This document shows positions 27,574 to 41,011 of a stretch of 64,000 bases of DNA, piece after piece; the stretch's first letter is position 1; every line of letters begins with the position of its first letter. Source of the stretch: Camelus ferus (Eukaryota); NCBI RefSeq assembly GCF_009834535.1, contig NC_045707.1, positions 59,584,001 through 59,648,000 on the forward strand. Reading direction: 5' to 3'. Below the pieces are notes generated by a model. The model did no database searches and had not been told where the DNA came from. It saw nothing but the letters and a program-made list of their open reading frames with translations. Made by a program: the position numbers and the translations under genes.

Positions 27574-30500
27574 GATGAGGATGAGAATGGAAAATTAAAA
27601 TAGGCTGATAAAAGGCAAACCTGTGGGAAACAAAAAATGTCAGTTAGTCCAATGCTGAACTGCTAAGTAAACATGCAGACATAAACACTGAAATTTACGT
27701 GCAGAGGGAAATGATGCGTTGCTACTGTATTTTAGGATTGATAGAAAGAATTTAAAAGAATTTCCAGATCTGTGGGGCCCGAAGAGATCATCTTGTCTGA
27801 CCCTTTCAAAATAAATAATGAGAAGCACACAATAAATGTCATTACATAGAGGACCCGGTGAAACAGAGCATGTACACAGTACAATGAACTGCACATAGGA
27901 GTAAACTCTAATAAACTCAAGAAACAAAAGAGGAACTTTGATTACTGTCACAGTCTGTAACATTAGTAAAATGGCATCATTGCCTCTTTTGCTTTTGGTA
28001 TTACAACAACTTTTCTGAGAATTATTCGCATTGCATAAAACCTGTGTGTTTTCTTTAATGAAGACACTGAATAAATTTAACAGAAGTTGATTCATAGTTT
28101 TAGACATGAGTAGTTTCTATTTATATAATTAATATTAGTAACTTGAAGCCCTACCATGTAGTTTTTTTAGGTTCTATAAATCAAACCACATGAATTCATT
28201 CATTTATTAAACTTACTTTATGCCTCTTGTGCTCAGCGTTACAGATAGAAAATTTCAAGATACAGCCACTATTCTCATATTTCCTAGAGAGCACTGATTT
28301 ACTTCTAATATTTTCCACTACTCCCATGAAAAATGGGAGCCATTTTTCGAGACATAAATTTCTTTGTTTAATTTCATAATTGTACATACATTACACTGTA
28401 TTTAATTCCTATCTTAACCTTTATGAACTTGCTAAATATGAGCATGGGTAATTGCTAAGTCACAAACTGGGTTTCAAATGAGGAAAAGAAGCGTTTTCAT
28501 TATCTTCACTTACAAAAACTCGCGACAGTATCAGTGCATGTGTGTCTTCAATTTTTTTTAAACCTGAGGGTCAATATGTGTTATACAGCATAGAGTGTGT
28601 ATTAGAAATACATGAACTTATTCATTCCAGTGTTGAATAAACTATTCCAAAAAAGTAGTGTTTTTAATTAGCACGGTTCTTTACTGAACTCATAAACTTT
28701 AAGCTGCGTGTTTCATGCAGCCTTTTAGTATTTTTTTTTTTAACTACAAAACTGATGTAATCTGTTTTGGAAAATGTAACTGGAGGCATATTTCTCAATA
28801 TTAACAAAATTATACCTTGCCTATTCATAGGTTTCTTTCACTGTCACTTATGGATCTTTAATGGAAATTACATTCTGGGTATGATTAATATCAATCTTAT
28901 AGTCTGAGATTAAATTTTAACCAGGGTACCAACATTTAACAACAAGTGATAAATACATTCAATCAACTATTGACTGTTTACTGTGGGCAAAGAGCTCTGT
29001 GGGACGGTTAAAGGACAGAAGCATGAATTATAAGGTCTTCGCCTTTGTGAGCTTTGTGAGCCTGTAAAATAGCTGAAGAGACAAAAAAAAAAAAAATTTT
29101 TGTTCCAAAAATATTCTATAAAGAACACTGTGTGGCCGTGAAGAGAATGGATTTATCGATCTTTACTACCGAACCAGGGAAAGTTTCACAGAAGTGTCAT
29201 TTGGCCTCAAAGGATGAGTCTGGTTTTGAGAAGGTTAGACAAGCTTCAGGAGGAATAGCAGGCATGCCCATCAGAGCAACCAAGAGTAAAACTGCTCCTA
29301 AGGATGCTTGAGAGTAGACCATGCCCACCTTTTCTTTCTGCAGTGATGTCTGCAGAGCTGGATTTGGCCTGGAACTGAAAAGCCCCCTTGGATTCTAAAA
29401 CCACTGCAGTGTAAAAAGTTCAATAACTGTAAACCAGGGAGCAGGCATAATACTTCAAAGATGAGCCTCTCTCTATAGACACAATGCCTCCCGGTGAGGG
29501 CATGTCTGAAGGTACCACTCTTATGAATCACACACAGAGAATACATAGATGAATAAAAACCAAATGTAACTTTCATTATTGCTAGATGATAAATTCTTTG
29601 GGGACTTGTGCTATTTTAAATTAATTATTCTTTCTATTTTTTCATGATAAACTTACATGTACTGCTAGTGAATTATATAAATTAATTAAATGTGATTTGA
29701 ACCCCCCAAAATAGATAAGATGGCTCAGTTTGAGCAAACTCCCATCCTATCATAAAATTCAAATTATCATATAGATTTTAGCCAAATATTTTAATGTAAA
29801 TCTTTTTAATATAAATTTGGAGAATTAAAGTAAAATGCAATAGTCCTTTTGCACTGGTTAAAATTCTTAAGATGTTTGCTTTTGTTCATTCATATAATAA
29901 TTATTTATTCAATGAGACATGTCCAAGCCCTTAAAAAACATATACTTTCAAAGGAGAGAGGATTCCAATGTAATGCAATGAATGTTACAATCAGAAACAC
30001 AGACTCCTAGAGCAGCATGTAGAATAATCTATTCACGAAGAGGCCAGAAAAGGAGAAAGTTATTAGTACCTAAGACTTGTACCTAACCTGGTTACAAAGA
30101 CATCGTCTCCTGGAGTTGCCATAACTATAGCATTTTTACAATGATAAAAGTGTGGATCAGAGAATTAAATTGAGATGCTCAAGGTTATACAGAGAAAGTA
30201 CGTCCAAACCAGAGCCCACATCATCAACTCCCACATTTCCCTGCTTCAAGGGAAGCTAGTCCCAGAAAGGTTAGAAAGGGTTAACCACCTAACAGGACAT
30301 GGGGTGAAGAGAACCCAAGGAAGGAGCAATATGTGAACTGGTCATAGTTGAGAAACATCTTAGGTTGAAGGACCCGCAAGGAATTCAGAATAGCTGGGAA
30401 TATTAAGAGCTGAACCTCACTTAGAACTTTCTCTACAACTTCTTTATGAAAATGGGCCACTCTAAAGACTGGTGGCCTTCAGTAGATTTCAAGAAACTAT

Positions 30501-31526
30501 GTAGGGATAGAAGTTAGGCAGAAGGGATTCCAGGAACAAGAATCTTGTGCTCTGGAGAATCTAGCAGCAGAAGCCCAGTCCACAGAGATAAACAGAGATG
30601 AGGAACATCCTCACCCCCTCGCTAAGGGCCTGGGCTTGATCTTAAAGCTCGGGGAGCAAATGGCGTGTTTTAAGCAAAAGAAATTATCAATATTACATTG
30701 AAGACATATATTTTATATGACCACATAGTATACACATAGGTTTATTGGTAGAAAGTAACAAAAGTTTCACACAACAATTTCTACCCACACTAATCTGCAA
30801 CATACTCTCATTGGCAAGACGTCTGTTTTAGTGTATTTAACCTTAAGACGTTATTTGCAAAATATTCACTTCATAACATACTAGGTAAACAAGCTGAACT
30901 CTCAGAAACCCTATACTCCATGTCAAGAACAGAAGCGGGGAAAACGGTTTGGAAGCTACTTCTTCCTCCACCACTTAACAAACCAGCACAGGAAGGGAGC
31001 TGACACAGAGTTTGGAGCATTTAAGTTATTTACTCCAAATGCAAAATCCTTTTCATCTTTGCCATAAACTCTGATAAATTAGATATTATTATGACCATGA
31101 AATAGAGGCTTAGGCATAATATCCTTTTTGTAAGCTTACACAATTAATAAATAGCAGAGCCAGAATTCAAATTCAGTCCTGTCAGTCTCCAAAGAACTTG
31201 CTCTTTCTGCCATACTATGTTTCCCAGCACTATAACTTAGACATTCTCACGACTGAGCCACTTCCAGCTTCTGACTCAAGCTCTTTCTCTACATGATTGA
31301 CAGGTGGCTGGGGCACAGGCCTGGCACAGGATCGATGCTCCATATATATTTGGGTAAATGTAAGAATGAAATTTTTTAGTGAACAGTGAAGGGAAGGCCA
31401 AAGAGAGTCTGCGAAATCTGTTTGCTCCATACATAGTCTAAGTTCACAAGATGCAAACAGTTCCAAATTACCTCACAAATATTCAATGCACCTTTATATC
31501 TGGGAAGATGAACATACAGATTGATA

Positions 31527-31710
31527 CAGGCAAGGAATGGATTCCCCCAAAACCTCTAGAGGGCGCGCAGGACTGCTGGAACCTTGATTTTGGCCCAGTG
31601 ATACTGATTTCAGATTTCTGGCATCCGAGACAGTGAGAGATTAAAGTTCTACTGTGTTAAGCCACCACATTTGTGATGATTTGTTACAGCAGCCACAGGA
31701 AACTGATACA
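31527..31710 (+). mobile_element. MLT1 (MaLR) LTR, 3' half
   Basis: Contains caaggaatggattccccc..accttgattttggcccagtga..tttgttacagcagccacaggaaactgataca. Confidence 0.88.
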
Positions 31711-32019
31711 ATTATTGACTTAGCAGAGCAGTAGATAGCAAAACGTTAGCAAGTCTAAGCGTGAGCTGAGATCCGCAGCATGAAGATTTTCAGGCCGTGC
31801 CATCTGAGCTTTGATTTGTTAGGTCTGTGGGGAGGGGAGGTGAAAGATGCAGTTTAACTAGGTACCTCATGTCCCTGCATGCTGTATCCTGTGTTCTCCT
31901 TTCCTATCGCAAGTTAGCCAGTATTGTGGAATAAGAAGAGGTAAGGGATAGTAATGATGCTTAGCTCTTCAGTTTGTTTTTGTGTTTAGTTGGTCTGGGG
32001 TGAAGTACAAGGAGTCAGT

Positions 32020-32225
32020 TCATTAATGCAGCACTATAGTATACTAATTACAAGTTTTGCAGTCAAATAAATCTGAGTCTGCATCCTAGTTATGCAATTT
32101 ACACACTGTGAGAAATAAACCAAGAAAAATTTTACTCTTTTGAAGCCTCCGTTTCCTTATCTGTGAAATGGGAAGGAAAGCAGTTCCCAAGTAATCTATT
32201 ATGTGAGGATTAAAGATGTTTTTAA
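32020..32225 (+). mobile_element. MIR SINE
   Basis: Contains gcctccgtttccttatctgtgaaatggga..tgtgaggattaaa. Confidence 0.7.
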
Positions 32226-32226
32226 G

Positions 32227-32406
32227 AAGAATAGATAAACAAATTTATATTGTATAGCACAGGGAAATACATTCAAGATCTTGTAGTAGCTCACGGTGAA
32301 AAAGAATATGAAAACGAATATACGTGTATTCGTGTATGACAAGAAAATTGTGCTGTACACCAGAAATTGACACGACATTGTAAACTTACTATACTTCAAT
32401 AAAAAT
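32227..32406 (+). mobile_element. Short L1 3'UTR insertion (camelid type)
   Basis: Closely similar to 2578-2750 (gcacagggaaata..caagatcttgt..gtagctcac..gtgaaaaa); ends in aataaaaa. Confidence 0.9.
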
Positions 32407-35400
32407 TGACTACTGAAGGTAACAAACACTAAAATTATTAAGAGACTGCTATAAAATATGTTTTCTAACACTAGATATGATTGTACTTTGTGTTTACTAG
32501 GCATGATATCAGTGAGAAACAATTTATAGCATTTTAAGTCAAAAACACAAGAATAAAGAACATACTAAATGTTTCAGAAAATGGTTGACATTTAAATATA
32601 TAGTAGATACAGTGCATACATTTTCAATGGCCTCTGTCTCTCTCTCTCTCTATATATATGTATACATATATATAAAGCTTACTAATTACTCACAAAAACA
32701 AAAATATCTTATTTCCTGTCTGCTAAAAAAAAATGTATATGGAACCTGGAATCCAATCCAAAATTAGTTACTTTATCTCAATTTCTATGTGTCCTCCTAA
32801 TGGCACAAGCCAGTTTAAATACTGATACTCACAAGAAGAACATTTACACTATTTATTCCATAATATAATGTTAATGCAGAAAAGCACTCTTGTATTTTGG
32901 CATTTACTTAATTTCTGAATGGCAGGGCAGATAATTTCCAAAAAAATTTAACATCCTTGCTGCTGTTGCTTTTCTTTGTAAATTAGGCAGTGTATTTAGG
33001 GATGATCTTTCTCACCTTACTATGGATGTAGTTTTTAAAAGCTATACATATTGAAAACCCAAGTATATCTGTAAGATGAAATATTGAACAGAAACCATGG
33101 TCTTTGAAGCTTTGTTAAACCATTCTAGGAAGTCAGAGTTCCAACGGACTTCAGAGTTCATCAGTCTAATTTCCTCACTGCAGAAACGAGTGAAGACTGG
33201 GTGTTTAATGAATTCTTTCTCCTGGGTCATCTAGTTAGAATTTCAGTGACCACTGTCTTTTCAACATGACACACTTGCTCACAGAGCCCCCGTGTTATTT
33301 CAATGACTTCATTTGAACTTTAAATTACTAGTATATACAGAGCAACTCCTAGAGACAAACTCAGTTTTAAAGATCATCAGGGTGATACTCTAATAAATTC
33401 CCTAATACTTGTAATTTATGCTCATTCCTCCAAAGATTGAGCCTACATACAAATAATGAAATCATTAAGGAATTTACAAAGTGGAGATTTTTCAGTTAGT
33501 ATTTCTTGTATTTCTTTAGAGATCAGAGCTATATTTGTAGGAAAGCATTTGTCTTCATTAAGCTATCTTTTTCTAGACATTCCAGAAGATGAACAGCTTC
33601 AAAATGGCAGGGGATCATGTGAATGGACTAACTTAGCAATGTTCCCCTCCTCTGAGTCATGGGGCTAGAATCCTGCAGTGTGCCATTTATAAGATTCTAT
33701 TAAACCTTTACAGCATTCCAATATTTGATCTCTTCCCTATTTGGTTAGAAACCTCATCTTCTTATCTTACCTAAATAGATCCCTTAAAAGAGCAGCAATA
33801 ATAAGCAGTGGCTGAAAGAATTAAAACTTTAAAGGGCAGCATGCTGATAAAAGCACGAGATACTTTTTCTATCAAGGATAGTTTCACTGTCCAGATAACT
33901 GTAAACTATAGAAAAGGAATAAAGATGCCTGGGAATTCCACAACAGTAATGATTCTGGAAGCCACAAACTTTTAGGACATAGAATCAGAGAATTAAGGGG
34001 AGATTAACACCTAATTTTTCATCTTCTAGGAATAAAAAACGGTAAGAGACACAATTGTTCCAAAAATTCTCATATCAGCAAAATTTAACCAGTATGATGT
34101 GTTGGAAAATAAGGTAGAAGGTCGTGGCTGAAAAACAATGAAGCCACTAGAATGAGTTAAAGGGAGGAGCCAGCAAAGCAGAAGGACAGGCTGTGGATCC
34201 CATCTGCCAGATCCTCAGCTATGCTCCGTCATCTAATTCTTGGTTTGCAACTCTTTCACATAATCAAATTTCCTAATCTCTCAATGCATTTGTGAAGATT
34301 ATTAAGTATAATGGTCTATTTTACTAACATCACACTCCAACCAACAGAGCTAACCAGCCAAGTGCTCTAACGGTCTATTTTAAAATAAAGATTTCTTTTC
34401 AAAACAACTTTTCTGTTACATGTCTTACATTTTTGTCTAAGAACCTTGCACTTGTGCCTCTGCATTTCAAATACATGTTGAGCATTTTTTTTCCTGCTAT
34501 TTTTAATCTGCTGGGCATTCTGGGCATTCTTGGTATTTATAGTTTACTAATTTATTTCCTCATATAATCTCACCAAAGTTGTGGCATGCAGCATATATTT
34601 TGAATCCTGATACCACCCACCTAGAAATGACTTAACAGGTGCCATCCATATTAGTAACTTCATCTTTGGATGAGGTTAAATATAGTGCTGAATAAGCTCC
34701 TACAAACTTAGTTCTGGCCTTTTGGGATGAGTTTAGTCTCAAGCTTATTAAGGAAAGATAGCAATAGATAGCAATTGACACTGAGAATAAGTATGTCTCA
34801 AAATCTCTCAATAATCATGCTAATAAATTGCTGAAAAGACAAGCTCCTAATTTTTCTTATATATATATAATTAAGTCAATGTTATTTGAAAGAATTTTTG
34901 TTGAATTTTCTTTATCTGCTGTAAAATCAAATTTTTTCTTTATAATATAAGGTAACTAATAGAGAATGACATGGAAAAGAGCACATTGGTATTATCTAAT
35001 ATTCTGAAGTCATTATCGTATTGATTTGAATCCCTTCAATTTCTATGCAATCCACTTTCATATAGCCACCTCTTCACGCAATCGTATCCCTTGATGATAT
35101 GTGACAAAGGAGAAAGTATTCTTTTCCAACATTAAATCTTCCACACAGACTTCAAATTTCCTCCTCTGCCACTTCTTTGAGGATTTGGCATTGTCACATG
35201 TCTGCATCCTCCCCTCTCCCCACTGCTTCCTCCTTCTCTGCCTACTTCCCTCCCCCTCCCCGCAAGAACTTCCCTCACCCAGCCTTCCTTTCAAACTATA
35301 TATTTTTTATTCTTCCTTCAACAGGAAAGTCCTCAGAAGATTACTCAAGACTCCATGGATACCTGCACCTCTCAGTTACTCTTGCACACACGATCACTCT

Positions 35401-37924
35401 ACAGAAGATGTTTACATAAAGGCCACCCGTGCCCGTCTAATTACTAGAACTAACTTTTTTTCTTTCCGATACTCTGACTCTGGGTATCTGAAAGCATCTG
35501 CCACAATCTGTTTGTCTTACGTTGCCCAGTCCCACTGGGTTAGTCCAAGTAAATGCTACAGCTTATGCTACCATAACTACTCCAAGGATTAACAATCCAC
35601 ATCTGCCAATCGACCTTCCCAGCGATGGGCTCATTCTCTCACCACTCCTTCCCTCTTCTGATTCCTACATGTCTGCTCATCATGTACATGCGAGAACCAC
35701 AGCTTTCTTCCTTTCTGACTCTACACAGACCTCCAGGGACATCCCATCCTTGTCTGTGGTTCCGATCATTTTCCATGTACTAGGTACACTCTGACCTTCA
35801 GAAACACATGCCTCACTGCCTCCAACCACCTCCTACCTGATGGTCCATCCAATGGATACATCAAACTCTACTTGTCAAAATATGAATTTATCATCTTCCC
35901 CCTTCACCTTTTAAGCTGTTTTCTCCCTCTATAATAATCACCTTGTTTAGTGGTAACTCTTTACTCATTGAGGCCAGAAAGTTGGGGGCCATTTCTTGCT
36001 CCCTATATTTTTCATCTCCCACATCCAACTGAAGACCAACACTTAAGTGTTCTACAATCCCCAGAAAGCACCTAGAGTGGTCTTTTTTAACCTTGACATC
36101 AGATCATAACACAGCCCAGTTCTAAAAGTCTTCCAAAGACTCCTTAATCAACTTAGAGTAGAGTAGCATACAGACTCCTTTCTTTGGTCCAACGTGATCA
36201 GGCTTCCATCGTCCCCTTCCATCACCTCTCACTGTGCTCAAACCACAGTGGTCTTCTGTTTCTGCAACACACCAAGCTCACTTTCTTCACAGTACTTTTG
36301 TTCTTACGTATGTAACACTGTTGCTATGACTTATTTTAAATATTTGTTCCTCTGATCCTCAAGTGTCCCCATGCCTGGTATCTGATGTGCTCAGTTAATA
36401 CTGCCTAGATACGAACTACCATTACTCATCAATGTACTGTAGATTCATAACACAAGAAAATTTCTATTCTTAAAGGCTTAAAACAACCCAATAAAAGTTA
36501 TCAAGTTTGAAATAATTAAAAAAAAGACAATTTGTAACCAGAAACAGTAACAGACCTAGTTTTACCTTCCCTTTTGTAATTAAACACAAACAGCAACCAA
36601 AGGCCATGAAAGATCAAATATAAAAAAGAATTGGCCAAGTAGTTCTATGAGTAAAGATAGTTCTCATTATTACTAATGCAGCACTGCTTGGTTGTTACAC
36701 AAGAAAGAAACAGGCAACATCCTGTTTGGAACAGATACATGAAATTTATAAGCCTAGTCATAGTATCATAATTCTCTTTACTTTCTTGTCTCAGTTAAAA
36801 TCTGCAATTTTTATTCATTAATAACATAGTGCCACTGACAATTCTTAAGAACAGAGGCAAAAATAATTCAACCAAAAAAAGTTACATTTGTGTCATATGT
36901 ATTCTTCTGAAGCAACATGCTGAAGGCATGCCAATTTCAGGTTAAGAATTCAACCACATCAAAAAAATGAGGCTCCAAGTCATTCTTACTCAAAATTCAA
37001 TGTAATTCTGATGAATACATTTTAGCTAGAAAAACCACTGTTTCCATAACATTTGCATTTCTCAGGTTTTGGTTTTTCTGTTTGTTTTTTTTTTTTTAAT
37101 CAGAAGCAGAAATATCAACATAACATGTATACTAGATGTTACAAGACATTTGGAGGCTGATAGGTAGGGAGTAATTAAAAATAAACAGTCTGATACTCCT
37201 AAGAATATTTTCAGAATCTCTGGTACAGATGTTTCAGATAAATATGTAAGGACTTCATCTCTATCCAGAGTTATGAGCTTTGGAGGTTTATTTATTTATT
37301 TTCTGTCATAAAGTATTAGCTGGGCTATTTACTGGATTCCCTATAAGCAGACTCAAACTGGGATGACAGCAGAGAAGGTTAGAGTTTTAGCATCCAACCT
37401 CTCTTTATGGTTGAAATAATGAAAGCAAAACTGATAGTGTTGGGTTTGAGAAACATACTCTGTACTATTCAGGGATTATAGAGCTTTTTAAATATGAAGC
37501 CCTAAAAATCCTTTAATAGGTATTAATTCATGAATGTGCTCTTTTAAAAGTTTGTAAGCAATACTATTCTGCATTTCCATATCAGTTTAGAAAGTAAAGA
37601 ATGTCCTTAATTATATGACATTATCATACATTAATTAGGGTTCATTTTACAGATGAGAAAGTTGAGGCTCAAGAGAAGTTACAAGTCTTCCCCTACATCA
37701 TGCAGCTTTTATTGTAGCAGAGTCTGAAGGTATCATAATTGCTTTCAGTAAAACTTCAGGGAACAACTATAAATAATTTTTATAGAGTCATCTTTGTGCC
37801 CAGAGTAATTAGATCAGGAAGTTTCCTTAAAACTGAAGTGTTTTACAGAGAATCTTTCTTTATGGTGATTTTCTCACAACAGTGGCACAGAGTTCATGAC
37901 ATTGTAATAGGTCCTTAGAGTGCT

Positions 37925-37926
<2 letters not shown>

Positions 37927-37968
<42 letters not shown>
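37927..37968. repeat. (CA)n microsatellite of about 21 units; (UG)n in the pre-mRNA
   Basis: Directly visible. Confidence 0.96.
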
Positions 37969-37970
<2 letters not shown>

Positions 37971-38940
37971 TCCCCAGACATGCTAGTTAATCATTCTTTA
38001 AAAATAAATTCCTTTTACTATTTTGGATTTCAGTTTTCTGACACTAAATAAAGCAGGCCAGCAGGTCAAAAAAGTACATTTTTTTTTTCATTCTTCCAGT
38101 GTCTGACAATTAAGAACTCATTATTTTTATTTAAAATGCCTATTCTGTACTAAAAAGAGCTTAGGAGGAAACCCCATCTTGTGGATTTTGGCTATCATTC
38201 CTGATTATATCTGCTGACATAACTTCAGTTAAGGCATTTTGGTTTCAGGTTGTCCTATAAAATTAAGTTGTGGCTATTTAATTAAGAAGGGGTGAGTTTT
38301 TTTTATCTCAGCAATCTATCAATCTATTATTTTCTTATAAAACTTTAAGGTTTACCAGTTGGTTAAGATAAGAGAGGGCTGGGGGTGAGACAGGCCTCTG
38401 GATAGATGAGTTTCTGGAAAAGGCTATGAATCACATCCCCTAATCAGTCCCTGCTCAGCAAACTTTCAGCAGCCTGCCTGTGCAGCTACTTCCAAAAGTG
38501 TTGAAGAGTCTGTGTGTTTACACTGGACTTTGTTATGAACAAAGAAAACACTATTTATGTATTTTTTTAAATGCACATGGCAAGTTCTGTTCCTCAAACT
38601 AGTTGTTCAGACAAAAAGGCTCCACTTAAAATTGAAATTATTGCCAATTTTGGATTCACTGCCATCAAAAACAGTGTGAAGTGAAACTATTCAGATATCA
38701 GGAAAAAAAATGTCAAAAACACCCCGAGATAGGTTATTTCAATGCTACACATATTTAACTCTATTGTTTCTACCACTTCTTCATAAATTTCACCCAAAGA
38801 AATATATATGATAGAATATGATCAAATGGTTTCTCAAACAAGCAAGAGGATATGCAAAATAAATTTCTAGTTCATTTATAAATGCAGTTAAATCTGGAAG
38901 TAAAGATAAGCATTATATTTAGAATAAACATGATTCTTAC

Positions 38941-38993
38941 CATCTGAGATTGACTCCTAGGACATCCATTGATATCTTCAACTTTTTCATTTG
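38941..38993 (-). CDS. NAV3: NAV3 coding exon (exon 3 equivalent): (A)NEKVEDINGCPRSQSQM
   Basis: Acceptor ttggctttag|CAAATG, donor CAGATG|gtaaga, 53 nt, phase 1 to 0, in frame with its neighbours. Confidence 0.97.
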
Positions 38994-39642
38994 CTAAAGC
39001 CAAGAAATAAAACAGAAGAGAGAAAAAAAGAACAACATGCTTAAGCAATGAAGTGAAACACACACACACAAAAGGAGACTAAGAAAAAAAAAAAAAAAAC
39101 CACCAAGCAAAATGCTGCTGCTGCTACATTCACTCTGTCTCACAAGCCGTGTACAAGAGGACACACTTGTTAGCAGCCGCCAATTCCATATGCACAAATC
39201 AGGCAAAAGGGGAAAAAAAAAGTGAGTGAGAAGGAAGTTGCTGCTAATTCTTTAGCCTGTGCCAAATGACTGCTGACATGAAACCTTTCACAATTGTCCC
39301 CGCTGGATCAGGATACAGTTTCAAGGAATCTCAGAGTGCCTAAGTTGCTCCAGCTAACGAAATGAACACATGGGAGACATATGGTTTAATGAAGCGTTCA
39401 TTTCTGACATTTCACTGTATGTAAAGATACAGTTCTAGCCATTTAAAAGTATGGCCAAACTGCCTTTTTCCAACGTCCTCACATAAACATTTTAATTAAA
39501 TCACAGAAAGAGCTGCACACGTCTCAGAGACACGTGGAGTGAGTTCATAGGCATTCAGCTTACAATGTATTTTTACCAAAGTCAGGGGTGGGGGGAGTGG
39601 GGGCAGAGACTTCCACAATTTCTCTCAGAGTGCAGGTCTTAC

Positions 39643-39760
39643 CAATGATCTGGATGATTTCGGCTAGCAGTACTCCATCTGCAATGTCTTGTTGCAAATC
39701 CTTGATCAGCCGCTTGTGGCCTGATTTTGCTAGGTAGTGGTTAGCCCAGTCCGTGTAAAT
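39643..39760 (-). CDS. NAV3: NAV3 coding exon (exon 2 equivalent), CH domain start: IYTDWANHYLAKSGHKRLIKDLQQDIADGVLLAEIIQII(A)
   Basis: Acceptor ttttcaacag|ATTTAC, donor ATTG|gtaaga, 118 nt, phase 0 to 1. Residues IKD/DIAD/AEIIQII match NAV3 rather than NAV2 as recalled. Confidence 0.97.
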
Positions 39761-40913
39761 CTGTTGAAAAGAGGAAGGGAAGAAGTGAGATGGGACGAGG
39801 GAAGCAAGAAACAATCAAAATGCTTAAGACAAATGTTGGATTCAAAGGGATGTTATTCTGGATCACATTCCAGTTTAAGAAGTCATAGCTCCAAAGGAAA
39901 TAGTTGTAAAATAATTTTTAAACAGCTCTTTCCCCTCCACTTATCTCTTGTTTCAAAGGGGGATGACTCACCCTCTTTTAAAACCAGGGACTAGTCACTT
40001 GTGACACAGCAAAACTCCCTTCCTGGATGACTACTGAGGAAGCTCCTGTTTGCAAATCAGGTTGCCTTTTTACTCTCTTTCCCTTGGTTCTATCATACTG
40101 TACATAATACTGCCTGTCCTTGTAAAAGGAAGCCACCTGGACTGATTTACACAGGAATGTTTACTATACAAATTCATGATTCTCAGAGAAGACTTTATTA
40201 AATTTGTCATGTGAGATAATGTATGTGATAATATTTTGGCATCATTTTATGAAATCATTGCAAATGCCTAAGATGCTTTATTTGGACTGTCATCTCATTT
40301 CAGCCTCCTGAAATGTGTTTATATAAGAGAATAGAGGAAGCAAATGCAGTTGTTACACAGAAATTATAATACAGAAATGAAGAGTGGGTTATGAGCCACA
40401 AGGTTGGCAATGTGACACAGAGTAGAAGTATCTCTTCAACAACAGATTATGATACAAGAAAAAACTAGAGCTGTTAAAAAATTTCACAAAAGTAAAATGT
40501 TACTAGTTTTCCAAATGTTATCAGCCCTTACCAGTGTAATCTAACTGTAAGGAAATAAACAAGTTAAGACTTCAACATCATGAATAGGACATATTAGTAC
40601 GTTGATTACAAGGCAGACTATAATACGTGATGTGATAGAAGAATGCAAAATTGGAAATGAGAATAGAGGAAGAAAATTAACTGAGACATATACACACAAA
40701 AATTTGTTATAGAAACCCTGGAATTAGAACTGGCAACATAAAGAATCTGAAGACACCACAGAGGGCGTAAGATACAAAAAGGCAGAAGAGCAAAGGAATC
40801 AGGGGCACAGTTGTTCATTACATAACTAAGGCAGGATGCCTGAAATTAGGACAAGTTACTGCAAAGGTAAGGTGTGCCTTATAGTCATGAGCACTGAGTG
40901 CTGAGAAAATTGT

Positions 40914-41011
40914 AAAAAAGAAAAGAAAAAAGAAAAGAAAGAAAAGAAAAGAAAAGAGAAGAAAAAAGAAAAGAAGGAAGGAAGGAAGAAAGAAAAGAAA
41001 AAAGAAAAGAA
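40914..41011. repeat. Pure purine tract (GAAAA)n/(GGAA)n
   Basis: About 98 nt of only A and G. Confidence 0.95.

Noticed and set aside
27640..28107. 155-aa ORF in the same orientation as NAV3
   Set aside because: No recognisable domain, composition typical of AT-rich intron, and no splice sites linking it to the NAV3 frame.
12800..34775. Short tandem duplications (tccaatat x2 near 12801, ctttgtgag x2 near 29044, ctgggcatt x2 near 34511, gatagcaat x2 near 34757)
   Set aside because: Ordinary slippage duplications with unrelated units; not an array.
35058..35794. Overlapping 78-163 aa ORFs
   Set aside because: Stop-poor pyrimidine-rich sequence resembling decayed L2; no protein signal.
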